From positions 1,401-65,400 of the forward strand of contig JAZQHQ010000001.1 of the NCBI GenBank assembly GCA_045540675.1: a DNA stretch of 64,000 nt, given 5' to 3'. Below the pieces are notes generated by a model. That model searched no databases. It worked only from the letters and a program-made list of their open reading frames with translations, and was not told the origin of the DNA. The stretch is from Alistipes sp. GTDB taxonomy: Bacteria; Bacteroidota; Bacteroidia; Bacteroidales; Rikenellaceae. The position numbers were made by a program, and so were the translations under genes. Shown piece after piece: positions 25,956 through 36,675 of the stretch (position 1 is its first letter; each line of letters starts with the position of its first letter).

Positions 25956-28433
25956 ATGAAAAAACTCTACGCTTTTGTCGTTGTGATGCTCCTTGTACCT
26001 TTGATGGCTATGGGTACAGCAAAGGACTCTACTGTGGCAACTTTCGAAGTTCAGTCGTTGCGCCAAGTACCATTCAATAAGGTAGCGTTCAGCGATAACT
26101 TCTGGCTGCCTCGTCTGAAGATTCAGAAGGAGGTGCTAGTGCCATTCTCGCTTGAGAAGACCGCCTTTTCGGTGGAGAACTTCCGTCGTGTAGGAGCATA
26201 TCTGCGAGGCGAAAAGGTTACCGAGCGATTCAAAGGTCGCTACTACTCCGCCTCCGACCTCTTCAAGGTTATGGAGGGCGTAGCCTATCTGCTGATGTTG
26301 GAGAAGGACCCTGCGCTCGAGGCGAAGATGGACGAGATAATTGATGTTATCGCTGCGGCACAAAAGCCCGATGGCTACCTCTATGAGCACCATATTTTGC
26401 CTGAACATCTGCGCAATGAGAGCAATAACTCTCGTGCGGGCGAAAAGCCCTACTCGATGGTTATAGCATCGCACGAGTTGTATAATATGGGCCATATGTA
26501 CGAGGCGGCGATTGCCTACTATCAAGCGACCGGCAAGCGCAAGTGGCTCGATATTTCGGAGAAGAATGCTCGACACATAAACAAAGTCTTTTTCGAGGGC
26601 GACCCAAACTACAATGATGGCAAGCCTGTGATGGAGGCTCCGGGTCATCAGGAGATTGAGCTGGCGTTGGTGAAGATGTATCAGATCACTGGCGAGCGAC
26701 TCTATCTCGATATGGCACAGCGATTTGTCGATTTGAGTGGCTCGAAGCGCAACAAAGCGGATATGCGTCGAGTACAACATATCCCAGTACGCGAATTTAC
26801 CGAGGCGTTCGGTCACGCCGTGCGTGCCACCTATCTATACTCGGGTATGGCCGATTTGGTGGCTGTGAATGGCGACAAGACGCTGATACCGGTGCTGAAT
26901 ATCGTCTGGAACGATATTGTAAATAAGAAGATGCATATCACGGGCGGTCTGGGTGCAGTGCCTGGCATCGAGGGTTTTGGTCCTGCCTACATGTTGCCTA
27001 ATCGCGATACCTACAACGAGACTTGCTCGGCTATTGGTAATCTGCTGTTTAATTATCGTATGTTTTTGATGTCGGCAGATGCAAAGTATGTCGATGTTGC
27101 CGAGGTGTCGCTCTATAATAACATCTTGGCAGGTGTAAATCTCAAGGGTGATAAGTTCTTCTATGTTAATCCGTTGCAGGCGAATAAGTATAAGGCTTTC
27201 AACCACGGTAATGCAGGTCGTTCGCCTTGGTTTGGAACGGCGTGTTGCCCGTCGAATTTAGCACGACTTATTCCGCAAATTTCGGGTATGGTTTACTCTG
27301 TAACTGATGACGATATCTACTGCTCGTTCTATGTCGGAACATCGGCAGATGTGGCTTTGAAGGGTGGTAAAGTGAAGTTGCAACAGAAGACCGACTATCC
27401 TTTTGATGGCAAAATATCGATAGCGGTTGAACCAAACGATAAGAGCGAGAAATTTACCCTTTGGGTGCGTATTCCTTCGTGGCTGAACGATAGGTTTGTA
27501 CCTGGCGAACTCTACTCGTATGCCGATGGCAAGCAGGTGAACTACGTCTTGACTGTCAATGGCGAAAAGGTTGAGTCGGAGACCGTTAAGGGCTTTGTCC
27601 CAATCTCTCGCAAGTGGCGCAAGGGCGATGTTGTGGAGCTCGATTTGCCGATGTCGGTACGCTACTCGAAGGCGATAGAGAAGGTCGAGGCAGACCGCAA
27701 TCGCATCTGTGTTACGCGTGGTCCAGTTGTGTTCTGCGCCGAGGAGGTGGATAATAATCACGATGTTATCACCGCATTTATTGCAGATGCAAATATGGGC
27801 AAGGCTTCGGTCAATCACTTCACTTCGGGTGTAATGGCTGGAGTTCCGCATATCGAGCAGCAGTGCAATACTTTGACGAGCCAGCAACCACAGATACTCA
27901 AAATGGTGCCATACTATGCGTGGAACAACCGTGGTGACTATATGGCTATGAATGTATGGTTTGCGCGCGATAAGGCTACCGCCGAGGCGGGAGGTGAGCG
28001 CGTTGCGGAGAATATCCAATCAGTAAAGACGAAGTTTGCACATAATGGCGACTATGAATTTGCAATTATCGATGGTGTATATCCTAAATCATCTCGCGAT
28101 AAATCTATTTTGCGCTGGACCTCCTACGGACGACAGGGCGAGGAGCAAACCATCGAGATAAAACTCAAGAAGGAGCAACCTATAGAGAGTATTATGGTCT
28201 ATTGGTATGAGGACGGCAGGGGTGTTATGCGTCCCGAGAAGTGGCACGCCGAGTATCTGTACAATGGCGAGTGGCACGAGTATAAGCCATATATTACCGA
28301 CCATTTTGGTGCGCTTCTCGACCAATTCAATATGGTGCACCCCGACAAGGAGATTAAGGCGGAGGCGATACGACTTGTCGTAACACCACAGCAGGGAAAA
28401 GCCGTGGGAATTTTGGAGGCAATAGTGGAGTAG
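25956..28433 (+). CDS. GH127 beta-L-arabinofuranosidase-like hydrolase with C-terminal accessory domain
   Basis: HELYNMGH, GHQEIE, GHAVRA, ETCS, ACCP motifs; signal peptide. Confidence 0.9.
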   Translation: MKKLYAFVVVMLLVPLMAMGTAKDSTVATFEVQSLRQVPFNKVAFSDNFWLPRLKIQKEVLVPFSLEKTAFSVENFRRVGAYLRGEKVTERFKGRYYSASDLFKVMEGVAYLLMLEKDPALEAKMDEIIDVIAAAQKPDGYLYEHHILPEHLRNESNNSRAGEKPYSMVIASHELYNMGHMYEAAIAYYQATGKRKWLDISEKNARHINKVFFEGDPNYNDGKPVMEAPGHQEIELALVKMYQITGERLYLDMAQRFVDLSGSKRNKADMRRVQHIPVREFTEAFGHAVRATYLYSGMADLVAVNGDKTLIPVLNIVWNDIVNKKMHITGGLGAVPGIEGFGPAYMLPNRDTYNETCSAIGNLLFNYRMFLMSADAKYVDVAEVSLYNNILAGVNLKGDKFFYVNPLQANKYKAFNHGNAGRSPWFGTACCPSNLARLIPQISGMVYSVTDDDIYCSFYVGTSADVALKGGKVKLQQKTDYPFDGKISIAVEPNDKSEKFTLWVRIPSWLNDRFVPGELYSYADGKQVNYVLTVNGEKVESETVKGFVPISRKWRKGDVVELDLPMSVRYSKAIEKVEADRNRICVTRGPVVFCAEEVDNNHDVITAFIADANMGKASVNHFTSGVMAGVPHIEQQCNTLTSQQPQILKMVPYYAWNNRGDYMAMNVWFARDKATAEAGGERVAENIQSVKTKFAHNGDYEFAIIDGVYPKSSRDKSILRWTSYGRQGEEQTIEIKLKKEQPIESIMVYWYEDGRGVMRPEKWHAEYLYNGEWHEYKPYITDHFGALLDQFNMVHPDKEIKAEAIRLVVTPQQGKAVGILEAIVE

Positions 28434-28577
28434 GGAGCTATTTCGGAACTATTTTAGCAATTATTTGCTATGAAATAGCATTATCCCGAAAAAATCGTTA
28501 CCTTTGTAGGTTGGAAAGAGCTAATGGCTAAAATGTCCAAGGGTTAAAAGCAAAGAAAAATCAAAAAAAATATAGAT

Positions 28578-29957
28578 ATGAGAATTGCTCAATTATTGAA
28601 ATCTACCGACTATGGTACAAAGGTTACCGTAAAGGGTTGGGTGCGCACAAAGCGTGGAAATAAGAATGTTGCCTTCCTCGCATTGAACGATGGCTCGTGC
28701 GTGGCAAACATTCAGATTGTTGCCGACCTTGCGAAAATCTCGGAGGAGGAGTTGAAACCCGTAACCACGGGTGCTTGTGTGGCAGTTGAGGGTACCCTTG
28801 TTGAGTCGCTTGGCGCAGGTCAGGGCGTTGAGGTGCAGGCGGACTCTATTGAGGTCTATGGCACTGCCGATCCTGCAACCTACCCATTGCAGAAGAAGGG
28901 ACACTCATTGGAGTTCCTTCGTGAGATTGCCTACCTTCGTCCTCGTACCAACACCTTCGGTGCTATATTGCGTATCCGTCACGCTATGGCGTACGCTATT
29001 CATAAGTACTTCAATGACAAGGGCTTCTACTACTTGCACACTCCGCTTATCACCGCATCGGACTGTGAGGGCGCAGGCGAGATGTTCCAGGTTACAACCC
29101 TCGACTTGAACGATATGCCTCGTACCGAGGAGGGGGCAATCGACTTCTCGCAAGACTTCTTCGGCAAGCCTTGCAGCCTTACCGTATCGGGACAGTTGGA
29201 GGGCGAGTTGGGCGCATTGTCTATGGGACAGATTTACACTTTCGGTCCTACTTTCCGTGCCGAGCACTCAAACACTCCACGCCACTTGGCAGAGTTCTGG
29301 ATGATTGAGCCTGAGGTTGCATTCTTCGATTTGCAGGACAATATGGATATGGCGGAGGAGTTTTTGAAATACCTTATCCGCTACGCACTCGACAACTGCA
29401 AGGAGGATCTCGAATTTATGAATAAGATGTGGGATAACGAGTTGCTCGACCGCCTCAACTTCGTATTGGAGAACGACTTTGTTCGCCTCGACTACACCGA
29501 GGGTATCGAGATTTTGAAGGCTTCGGGCAAGAAGTTCGAGTTCCCTTGCGAGTGGGGTAGTGACTTGCAGAGTGAGCACGAGCGTTACCTCGTAGAGGAG
29601 CACTTCAAGAAGCCGGTTATCCTTATCAACTATCCGAAGGATATCAAGGCATTCTATATGAAGCAGAATGAGGACGGCAAGACCGTTCGCGCTATGGATG
29701 TCCTCTTCCCGAAAATCGGCGAGATTATAGGCGGATCGGAGCGTGAGGCAGACTATGGCAAACTATCTGCAAGAATCAAGGAGTTGAACATTCCAGAGAA
29801 GGATATGTGGTGGTACCTTGACACACGCCGTTGGGGCTCTGCGCCTCACTCGGGCTTCGGACTCGGTTTCGAGAGATTGTTGCTCTTCGTAACAGGTATG
29901 AGCAATATTCGCGATGTGATACCGTTCCCTCGTACCTTGAAAAACGCAGAATTTTAG
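28578..29957 (+). CDS. asnS: Asparagine--tRNA ligase
   Basis: [29 protein letters not shown]. Confidence 0.97.
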   Translation: MRIAQLLKSTDYGTKVTVKGWVRTKRGNKNVAFLALNDGSCVANIQIVADLAKISEEELKPVTTGACVAVEGTLVESLGAGQGVEVQADSIEVYGTADPATYPLQKKGHSLEFLREIAYLRPRTNTFGAILRIRHAMAYAIHKYFNDKGFYYLHTPLITASDCEGAGEMFQVTTLDLNDMPRTEEGAIDFSQDFFGKPCSLTVSGQLEGELGALSMGQIYTFGPTFRAEHSNTPRHLAEFWMIEPEVAFFDLQDNMDMAEEFLKYLIRYALDNCKEDLEFMNKMWDNELLDRLNFVLENDFVRLDYTEGIEILKASGKKFEFPCEWGSDLQSEHERYLVEEHFKKPVILINYPKDIKAFYMKQNEDGKTVRAMDVLFPKIGEIIGGSEREADYGKLSARIKELNIPEKDMWWYLDTRRWGSAPHSGFGLGFERLLLFVTGMSNIRDVIPFPRTLKNAEF

Positions 29958-30083
29958 GAAAATTGTTCTGAGCGGTAAATTTTGCACTGCTCTTCGGATA
30001 GTGAGTTCCTCACATACGCCTGAGTATGCTGCGGACTCACTACCTTGTTTAGTACAAAATTTCCTCGCTCATAAGTAATTTTC
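29958..30083. repeat. Long palindromic intergenic element, family A copy 1
   Basis: 126-bp imperfect palindrome with core ctcacatacgcctgagtatgctgcgg. Confidence 0.85.
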
Positions 30084-30169
30084 GGAACAGGGAAAAGTTT
30101 TCCGCTTTCCGTTTTCCGTTTATAAATGAAGAGGCGATAAAAAGGTTGCAGTTGAACTTTTTGACCGCT

Positions 30170-31588
30170 ATGAAATTATCAAATGCACAACTGCTCTTGC
30201 AGCAGCAGAAACTCTCACCACAGCAGATTCAGATGATTAAACTTCTGGAACTGCCTATCGTTATGCTCGAACAGCGCATAAAGGAGGAGATTGAGGAGAA
30301 TGTCGTTCTCGAAGAGGAACACTCTGCCGAGAGCGAGGAGGAGCCTCAGCAAATCTCTGTCGAGGAGTATCTGCGCGAGGACGATACACCTGCCTACAAG
30401 AGCCGACTAAATCACTACTCGAAAGATGATCAGCCCCGAAATATCCAAATCTCGGGCGGTCGCTCGTTGCAGGAGTCGCTTATTGAGCAGTTGGGTTATA
30501 AAAACCTCTCGGAGTTCGAGATGCAACTCGCGACCTTCCTTGTCGGGAGTATTGACGAAGATGGCTATCTTCGCCGCGATTTGGAGTCGCTCGCTGACGA
30601 TATAGCCTTCTCGCTCGGTATCGAAACGACAAGTGAGCAGTTGGAGCGATTACTCTCGATAATACACCGCTTGGAGCCTGTGGGCGTTGGAGCGCGAGAT
30701 TTGCGTGAGTCGTTGCTGTTGCAGATGGAGGCTCAACCCCTCGACACTCCCGAGCGTGAGTTGGCGCATAAAATCCTGCAAAACCACTTCGAGGAGTTTG
30801 TCAAAAAGCATTACGAGCGACTTATGGCACGCCTTTCGGTTACGGAGGAGGAGTTCCGTGATGCGGTGCAGGAGATTCAGCACCTCTCGCCAAAGCCCGG
30901 AAATCTCTTCTCGGAGGGTGGCTCGGAGGCTGCACCATATATTATTCCCGACTTTCTGCTCGACTACCACGATGGGCAGTTCGACCTCTCGCTAAATTCC
31001 TACAATATCCCCGAACTGCGTATCAATCGCCACTATGTCGAGATGATTCGCGATATGGCAACACAGAAGGGCGAAAAGAGCGATAGCGACAAGGAGGCGA
31101 TACAGTTTATAAAGAGTAAAATCGACTCGGCAAAGTGGTTTATGTCGGCGATAAAGCAGCGTCACGATACGCTGATGCGTACGATGCAGACCATTCTCGA
31201 TTATCAGCGCGAATACTTCCGCGATGGCGATAGGAGCAAGTTGCGCCCGATGATTTTGAAGGATATTGCCGACCGCACAGGGCTCGATGTTTCGACCATA
31301 TCTCGTGTGGTAAATAGCAAATATGTCCAGACGCAATTCGGTATTATATTATTAAAATCACTCTTCTCGGAGGCTATGCAGACGCAGAGTGGCGAGGAGG
31401 TGTCATCATACGAGGTGAAAAATATCTTGCAGGAGGCTATCGCATCGGAGAACAAGCGCAAACCTCTGACCGATGAGCAGTTGATGAATATCCTCAACGA
31501 CAAAGGCTACTGCATTGCCCGCCGAACGGTTGCGAAGTACCGAGAGATGCTGGATATTCCGGTTGCTCGCTTACGCAAACAAATATAA
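30170..31588 (+). CDS. rpoN: RNA polymerase sigma-54 factor
   Basis: Gln-rich region I, HTH (LDVSTISRV), RpoN box ARRTVAKYRE. Confidence 0.97.
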   Translation: MKLSNAQLLLQQQKLSPQQIQMIKLLELPIVMLEQRIKEEIEENVVLEEEHSAESEEEPQQISVEEYLREDDTPAYKSRLNHYSKDDQPRNIQISGGRSLQESLIEQLGYKNLSEFEMQLATFLVGSIDEDGYLRRDLESLADDIAFSLGIETTSEQLERLLSIIHRLEPVGVGARDLRESLLLQMEAQPLDTPERELAHKILQNHFEEFVKKHYERLMARLSVTEEEFRDAVQEIQHLSPKPGNLFSEGGSEAAPYIIPDFLLDYHDGQFDLSLNSYNIPELRINRHYVEMIRDMATQKGEKSDSDKEAIQFIKSKIDSAKWFMSAIKQRHDTLMRTMQTILDYQREYFRDGDRSKLRPMILKDIADRTGLDVSTISRVVNSKYVQTQFGIILLKSLFSEAMQTQSGEEVSSYEVKNILQEAIASENKRKPLTDEQLMNILNDKGYCIARRTVAKYREMLDIPVARLRKQI

Positions 31589-31714
31589 AAAAAGTCCTAT
31601 GGCACGCCTCTTTTTGCACGAATCTGCGGTCGTTGAGTTCCTCACATACGCCTAAGTATGCTCCGGACTCACCGCCTTGCTTCGCACAAAAATAGACATA
31701 CCCTAGAACTTTTT
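31589..31714. repeat. Long palindromic intergenic element, family A copy 2
   Basis: Core ctcacatacgcctaagtatgctccgg; 34-bp imperfect arms. Confidence 0.85.
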
Positions 31715-31829
31715 GGGCGTTGTTGAATGGCACAAAAATAATCTCATCATTTACGATTTTTAACATTTTATACCATGGCTCTTTTTTAGTGGGCGAAAAA
31801 TTGCTAAATTTGCAAATAGAAAAACATTC

Positions 31830-31928
31830 CGTCATTGCGAGAGCCACTAGGCTCGTGGCAATCTCCCGCTTTTTCTTTAATAACAATAAGGGAGATTCCC
31901 ACGCTCATTTCATTCGCTCGGAATGACG
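31830..31928. repeat. REP/MITE-like nested palindrome, family B
   Basis: cgtcattgcgag...gtggcaatctccc / gggagattcccac...ctcggaatgacg. Confidence 0.8.
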
Positions 31929-31991
31929 ATTATTAAAAAAAGCTAATGGCTAATGGCTAAAAGCTAAAAGTATAATTTTGAATTTTGCATT

Positions 31992-33086
31992 TTGAATTCT
32001 GCATTCAAATATGACCTTCTCGTTGTCGGTGCCGGACTCTACGGTGCTGTCGTGGCGCATCGTGCCCGTAAGGCGGGTAAGCGAGTGCTTGTGATTGACC
32101 GCCGCAGCCATACGGGCGGAAATTGCTACTGCGAAAATAACGGCAATATCTTCGTTCACAAATACGGTGCGCATATCTTCCACACATCAAACAAAGAGGT
32201 TTGGGACTTTGTAAATCAATTCGTTGAGTTTAAGCCATTTATCCACTCGCCACTCGCAAATTATAAGGGCGAGATTTACCCTATGCCGTTTAACCTAAAC
32301 ACCTTCGATGCGTTGTGGGGCGTCAAGAGTGCAGAGGAGGCGAAGGCGAAAATCGAAGAGCAACGACTACACCTCGACCACGAGCCTGCAAATTTGGAAG
32401 AGCAGGCGTTGTCGTTGGTCGGCAAAGATATATTCGAGAAACTTATCAAGGGCTACACCGAGAAGCAGTGGGGGCGCAGTTGCGAGGAGTTGCCGGCGTG
32501 GATAATTCGCCGCCTGCCACTCCGCTTTGAGCGCAACAACAACTACTTCAACGATACCTACCAAGGTATCCCTGTCGGTGGTTATAATCCGCTGATTGAA
32601 GGGTTGTTAGAGGGCGTTGAGGTACGACTCGATACCGACTACTTCGACCATCGTGAGGAGTTTGATGCGATGGCGGAAAAGGTGCTATATACGGGCGAGT
32701 TGGACCGCTTCTACGACTACCGCTTCGGTAAGTTGGAGTATCGCTCATTGCGCTTCGAGGAGGAGCAGTTGCAACAAAAAGATTTTCAGGGTGCTGCGGT
32801 GGTAAATTATACCGACCGTGAAACCACATTTACGCGCATTATCGAGCATAAACACTTCGAGGATAGAGGGGCAGAGCATACCGTAATTACTCGCGAATAT
32901 CCAATGGAGTGGAGCGAGGGTGCCGAGCCGTATTACCCTATAAATAATGAGCGCAACACCTCGCTATATGCCAAGTATCGCGCTCTTGCCGATGCCGAAA
33001 CAAAGTACCTCTTTGGTGGTCGCCTTGCCGATTACCGCTACTACGATATGCACCAAGTTATAGAAAAAGCACTGAAATCGTTCTGA
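31992..33086 (+). CDS. glf: UDP-galactopyranose mutase
   Basis: VVGAGLYG, HKYGAHIFHT, EPYYP, GRLADYRYYDM; only a TTG start is available in frame. Confidence 0.95.
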   Translation: MNSAFKYDLLVVGAGLYGAVVAHRARKAGKRVLVIDRRSHTGGNCYCENNGNIFVHKYGAHIFHTSNKEVWDFVNQFVEFKPFIHSPLANYKGEIYPMPFNLNTFDALWGVKSAEEAKAKIEEQRLHLDHEPANLEEQALSLVGKDIFEKLIKGYTEKQWGRSCEELPAWIIRRLPLRFERNNNYFNDTYQGIPVGGYNPLIEGLLEGVEVRLDTDYFDHREEFDAMAEKVLYTGELDRFYDYRFGKLEYRSLRFEEEQLQQKDFQGAAVVNYTDRETTFTRIIEHKHFEDRGAEHTVITREYPMEWSEGAEPYYPINNERNTSLYAKYRALADAETKYLFGGRLADYRYYDMHQVIEKALKSF

Positions 33087-33127
33087 TTGGTAAATTGCAA
33101 TCTTACCTGTTATATAATTTTTGACAA

Positions 33128-33168
33128 AATGGGTGTGTCTAAAAAACTTGTTAGACACACCCATTTCC
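33128..33168. terminator. Bidirectional terminator between glf and valS
   Basis: aaatgggtgtgtctaa...ttagacacacccattt 16-bp stem. Confidence 0.85.
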
Positions 33169-33179
33169 TCTTCAAATCT

Positions 33180-35807
33180 CTATTTCAACGCTGCAAGTTG
33201 CGCCTCAATAGCAGCAATCTTCGCCTCCGCATCACGCTTCTTATTCTGCTCGTTAGCAACCACTTGTGCAGGTGCTGATGACACGAAACGCTCGTTAGAC
33301 AACTTCTTCATTACGGTCGCGAGGAAGCCCTGCTGATATGCCAAATCCTTCTCCAACTTCGCAATCTCCGCCTCCTTGTCGATATTGTCGCCCATAGGTA
33401 CGAAATACTGCGTAGTCTTAACGATAAAGGCTGCGTCCATAGGGTTCTTCTCGGTTACAAATGTCACCGCCGAGAGGTTTGCCATCTTCACGATAACTGC
33501 CTCATACTCCGCAGGATAGTTTTCATCACGAACAACCTTTAACTCCAATGCCTCTTTCTGCGGTAAGTTCTTCTGCTTGCGGATATTACGCACTGCCGAC
33601 ACAATCTCTTGTACCAAAGTAAAACGAGCCAAAGCCACCTCGTCTGCACTCTCTGCCTTTGGCATCGAAGCAACGCAGATAGACTCTCCCTCCTTGCGCA
33701 CGGCGAGGTCCTGCCAAATCTCCTCGGTTACGAACGGCATAAACGGATGCAATAGTAGCATCAACTGCTCAAACATCTTCTTTGTAGCCTCCATTGTCGC
33801 AGCATCGCAAGGTGAGCCGTAAGCAGGCTTAATCATCTCCAAATACCAACCACTGAAATCGTCCCAGAACAACTTGTAGGCAACCATCAACGCCTCCGAG
33901 ATGCGGTAGTTCTTGAAATTCTCCTCAATCTCCGCCAATGCTGCATTGAAGCGGTTTGTAAACCATGCCACAGCCTGCTTCGAGCAGTCGCTCTGTGCAA
34001 GGTTCTCATCCACCTGCCAGCCGTTGATAAGGCGGTAGGCGTTCCAAATCTTATTTCCGAAGTTACGACCTTGCTCGCAGAGAGCATTGTCGAACATAAG
34101 GTCGTTACCAGCTGACGAGCAGAGCATCATCGCTACACGCACACCATCGGCACCATACTCGGCAATCAGGTCGAGCGGGTCGGGCGAGTTACCCAACTGC
34201 TTCGACATCTTACGACCAATCTTATCGCGCACGATACCTGTGAAATAGACATTTCCAAATGGCTTCTCGCCACGATACTCATATCCCGCCATAATCATAC
34301 GAGCCACCCAGAAGAAGATGATATCCGGACCTGTTACGAGGTCGTTGGTTGGGTAGTAGTACTTAATCTGCTCGTTGTCAGGGTTGCGAATACCATCGAA
34401 TACCGAGATAGGCCACAACCACGACGAGAACCAAGTATCAAGCACATCATCATCTTGGCGCAAGTCAGCCAAAGTGAGTGATGTATCGCCAGTCTTTTCG
34501 TGAGCCAAAGCCAACGCCTTCTCTGCGGTCTCGGCTACAACATAGCCACCCTTTGGAAGGTAGTAAGCAGGAATACGCTGTCCCCACCACAACTGACGCG
34601 AGATACACCAATCCTTGATATTCTCCATCCAGTGGCGGTAGGTATTCTTATACTTTTCAGGTACAAAGCGGATAATATCCTCCAAAACGGCCTTTGTGGC
34701 AGGTTCGGCAATCTCCTTCATCGCCATAAACCACTGCATCGACAACTTCGGTTCGATAGCTACGCCTGTACGCTCCGAGTAGCCGACATTGTTGGTGTAA
34801 GCCTCGGTCTTTTCGAGCAGGTCGGCATCTGCCAAATCCTTCTCAATCTGCTTGCGGCAGTCGAAGCGGTCCATACCGACATACATACCAACCTTGTCGT
34901 TGATTGTGCCGTCATCGTTGAAGATATCGATAGTTTCGAGGTTGTACTTCTCGCCGAGCATATAGTCATTGACATCGTGTGCAGGGGTAACCTTCAAAGC
35001 TCCCGTTCCGAACTCGATATCGACATACTCATCGCGAATAATCGGAATCGAACGACCTACGAGAGGTACAATAACACGCGCACCCTCCGGAACATCGGCA
35101 TAGCGAGGGTCGTTAGGGTTAAGGCAGACAGCCGTATCACCCAAGATAGTCTCGGGGCGGGTTGTAGCAACGATAATGTTGCGGTCTGTACCCTCCAACT
35201 TGTAACGCAAGTAGTAGAGCTTGCCCTGCGACTCCTTGTATATTACCTCCTCGTCAGACAAAGCGGTCTTTGCCGATGGGTCCCAATGCACCATGCGCAC
35301 ACCGCGATAGATTTTACCCTTGCGGTAGAGGTCACAGAACACCGAAATCACGCTCTCGGTACGCTCCGGGTCCATTGTAAAACAAGTTCTATCCCAATCG
35401 CACGATGCGCCCAACTTGCGCAACTGCTTCAAGATAATGCCGCCGTGCTTCTCCTTCCACTCCCAAGCGTGAGCAAGAAACTCCTCACGGGTCAAGGTCG
35501 ATTTGTCGATACCCTCAGCCTTCAACTTCGCCACAACCTTTGCCTCGGTCGCAATCGAAGCGTGGTCGGTGCCGGGTACCCAGCAGGCATTCTTGCCGAG
35601 CATACGGGCACGGCGTACCAAAACATCTTGCAGGGTGTTATTGAGCATGTGTCCCATGTGCAACATACCCGTAACATTTGGTGGCGGAATAACGATAGTG
35701 TAGGGCTCACGAGCATCAGGCTCCGAGTGGAAAAGATTCTTTTCAATCCAGTAGTCGTACCACTTTTGTTCAATCTCTTGTGGTAAATACTTGTCTGCAA
35801 TTGCCAT
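33180..35807 (-). CDS. valS: Valine--tRNA ligase
   Basis: PPPNVTG..HMGH, KMSK, C-terminal coiled coil. Confidence 0.98.
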   Translation of the reverse strand: MAIADKYLPQEIEQKWYDYWIEKNLFHSEPDAREPYTIVIPPPNVTGMLHMGHMLNNTLQDVLVRRARMLGKNACWVPGTDHASIATEAKVVAKLKAEGIDKSTLTREEFLAHAWEWKEKHGGIILKQLRKLGASCDWDRTCFTMDPERTESVISVFCDLYRKGKIYRGVRMVHWDPSAKTALSDEEVIYKESQGKLYYLRYKLEGTDRNIIVATTRPETILGDTAVCLNPNDPRYADVPEGARVIVPLVGRSIPIIRDEYVDIEFGTGALKVTPAHDVNDYMLGEKYNLETIDIFNDDGTINDKVGMYVGMDRFDCRKQIEKDLADADLLEKTEAYTNNVGYSERTGVAIEPKLSMQWFMAMKEIAEPATKAVLEDIIRFVPEKYKNTYRHWMENIKDWCISRQLWWGQRIPAYYLPKGGYVVAETAEKALALAHEKTGDTSLTLADLRQDDDVLDTWFSSWLWPISVFDGIRNPDNEQIKYYYPTNDLVTGPDIIFFWVARMIMAGYEYRGEKPFGNVYFTGIVRDKIGRKMSKQLGNSPDPLDLIAEYGADGVRVAMMLCSSAGNDLMFDNALCEQGRNFGNKIWNAYRLINGWQVDENLAQSDCSKQAVAWFTNRFNAALAEIEENFKNYRISEALMVAYKLFWDDFSGWYLEMIKPAYGSPCDAATMEATKKMFEQLMLLLHPFMPFVTEEIWQDLAVRKEGESICVASMPKAESADEVALARFTLVQEIVSAVRNIRKQKNLPQKEALELKVVRDENYPAEYEAVIVKMANLSAVTFVTEKNPMDAAFIVKTTQYFVPMGDNIDKEAEIAKLEKDLAYQQGFLATVMKKLSNERFVSSAPAQVVANEQNKKRDAEAKIAAIEAQLAALK

Positions 35808-35917
35808 AACTTATTTTGTTTTTATCTTGTAATCTTGTCAATCAATCGGCAAAATTAACAAAAATAATTAACAATTAGCAATTGATGGCTGATAATTAGG
35901 GGTATTTTTGATTTTAT

Positions 35918-36670
35918 CTACCTCCTCAACCACTCTTTGAAGTCGTGAACACGCGCCTTCGGAATGATAATGCGCTCGGGAGTATCGATAGTGAGGTTTG
36001 CAGATAGGCGACTACCAAACCAAACCGAAATATCCTTCACCGCTTTGCGCGAGATGATAAATTGACGATTGGCACGGAAGAACTCATCTTTCGATACTTT
36101 CGATTGTAAGGCTTCGAGTGTGAAGTCTATCTGATGCTTGTCACCATTGTAACAATAGGCTGTTACGCGCTCCTCGAAGGTGTGGAAGAAGGCAATATCT
36201 TCGGTTTTTAGCGGAATAATTTTGTCGCGGAAATGGACAAGAAATACCTGTTGCTCCTTTTTTTGAGATTTAGCTACGCTATTGATACGCGAAGCATAAT
36301 CCTTTTGCTCGTAGGTAGTTAGGCGTTGCCACTTATCGATGGCGCGTTTGATATCCGCCTCGTTTATCGGTTTAAGCAGATAGTCGATGCTATTCACCTT
36401 GAAAGCCTCAATTGCATATTGGTCGTAAGCGGTAGTGAAGATAATAGGAATGTTAATCTCTACACTGTCGAAGATGCGAAACGAAGCACCATCAGCCAAG
36501 TGAATATCCATAAATACAAGATCGAGTGCAGGCGTAGTGCGGAAAAACTCTACACTATCCTCTACGGTATCAATCGTTGTGACTATTTCAATATCGGGGC
36601 AAACCTTTCTTAATATGGATGTAAGGTTTTGCGCTGCCGCAGTTTCATCTTCGATAATTACTACACGCAT
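35918..36670 (-). CDS. LytTR-family response regulator
   Basis: IIEDE, FMDIHL receiver; FFRANRQFII LytTR domain. Confidence 0.95.
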   Translation of the reverse strand: MRVVIIEDETAAAQNLTSILRKVCPDIEIVTTIDTVEDSVEFFRTTPALDLVFMDIHLADGASFRIFDSVEINIPIIFTTAYDQYAIEAFKVNSIDYLLKPINEADIKRAIDKWQRLTTYEQKDYASRINSVAKSQKKEQQVFLVHFRDKIIPLKTEDIAFFHTFEERVTAYCYNGDKHQIDFTLEALQSKVSKDEFFRANRQFIISRKAVKDISVWFGSRLSANLTIDTPERIIIPKARVHDFKEWLRR

Positions 36671-36675
36671 AGGCT

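Noticed and set aside
31600-31620. Sigma-54 promoters (tggcac...ttgc at 31600; similar at 50220-50235 and 57912)
   Set aside because: GG-to-GC spacing is 13, 8 and 9 nt rather than the required 10
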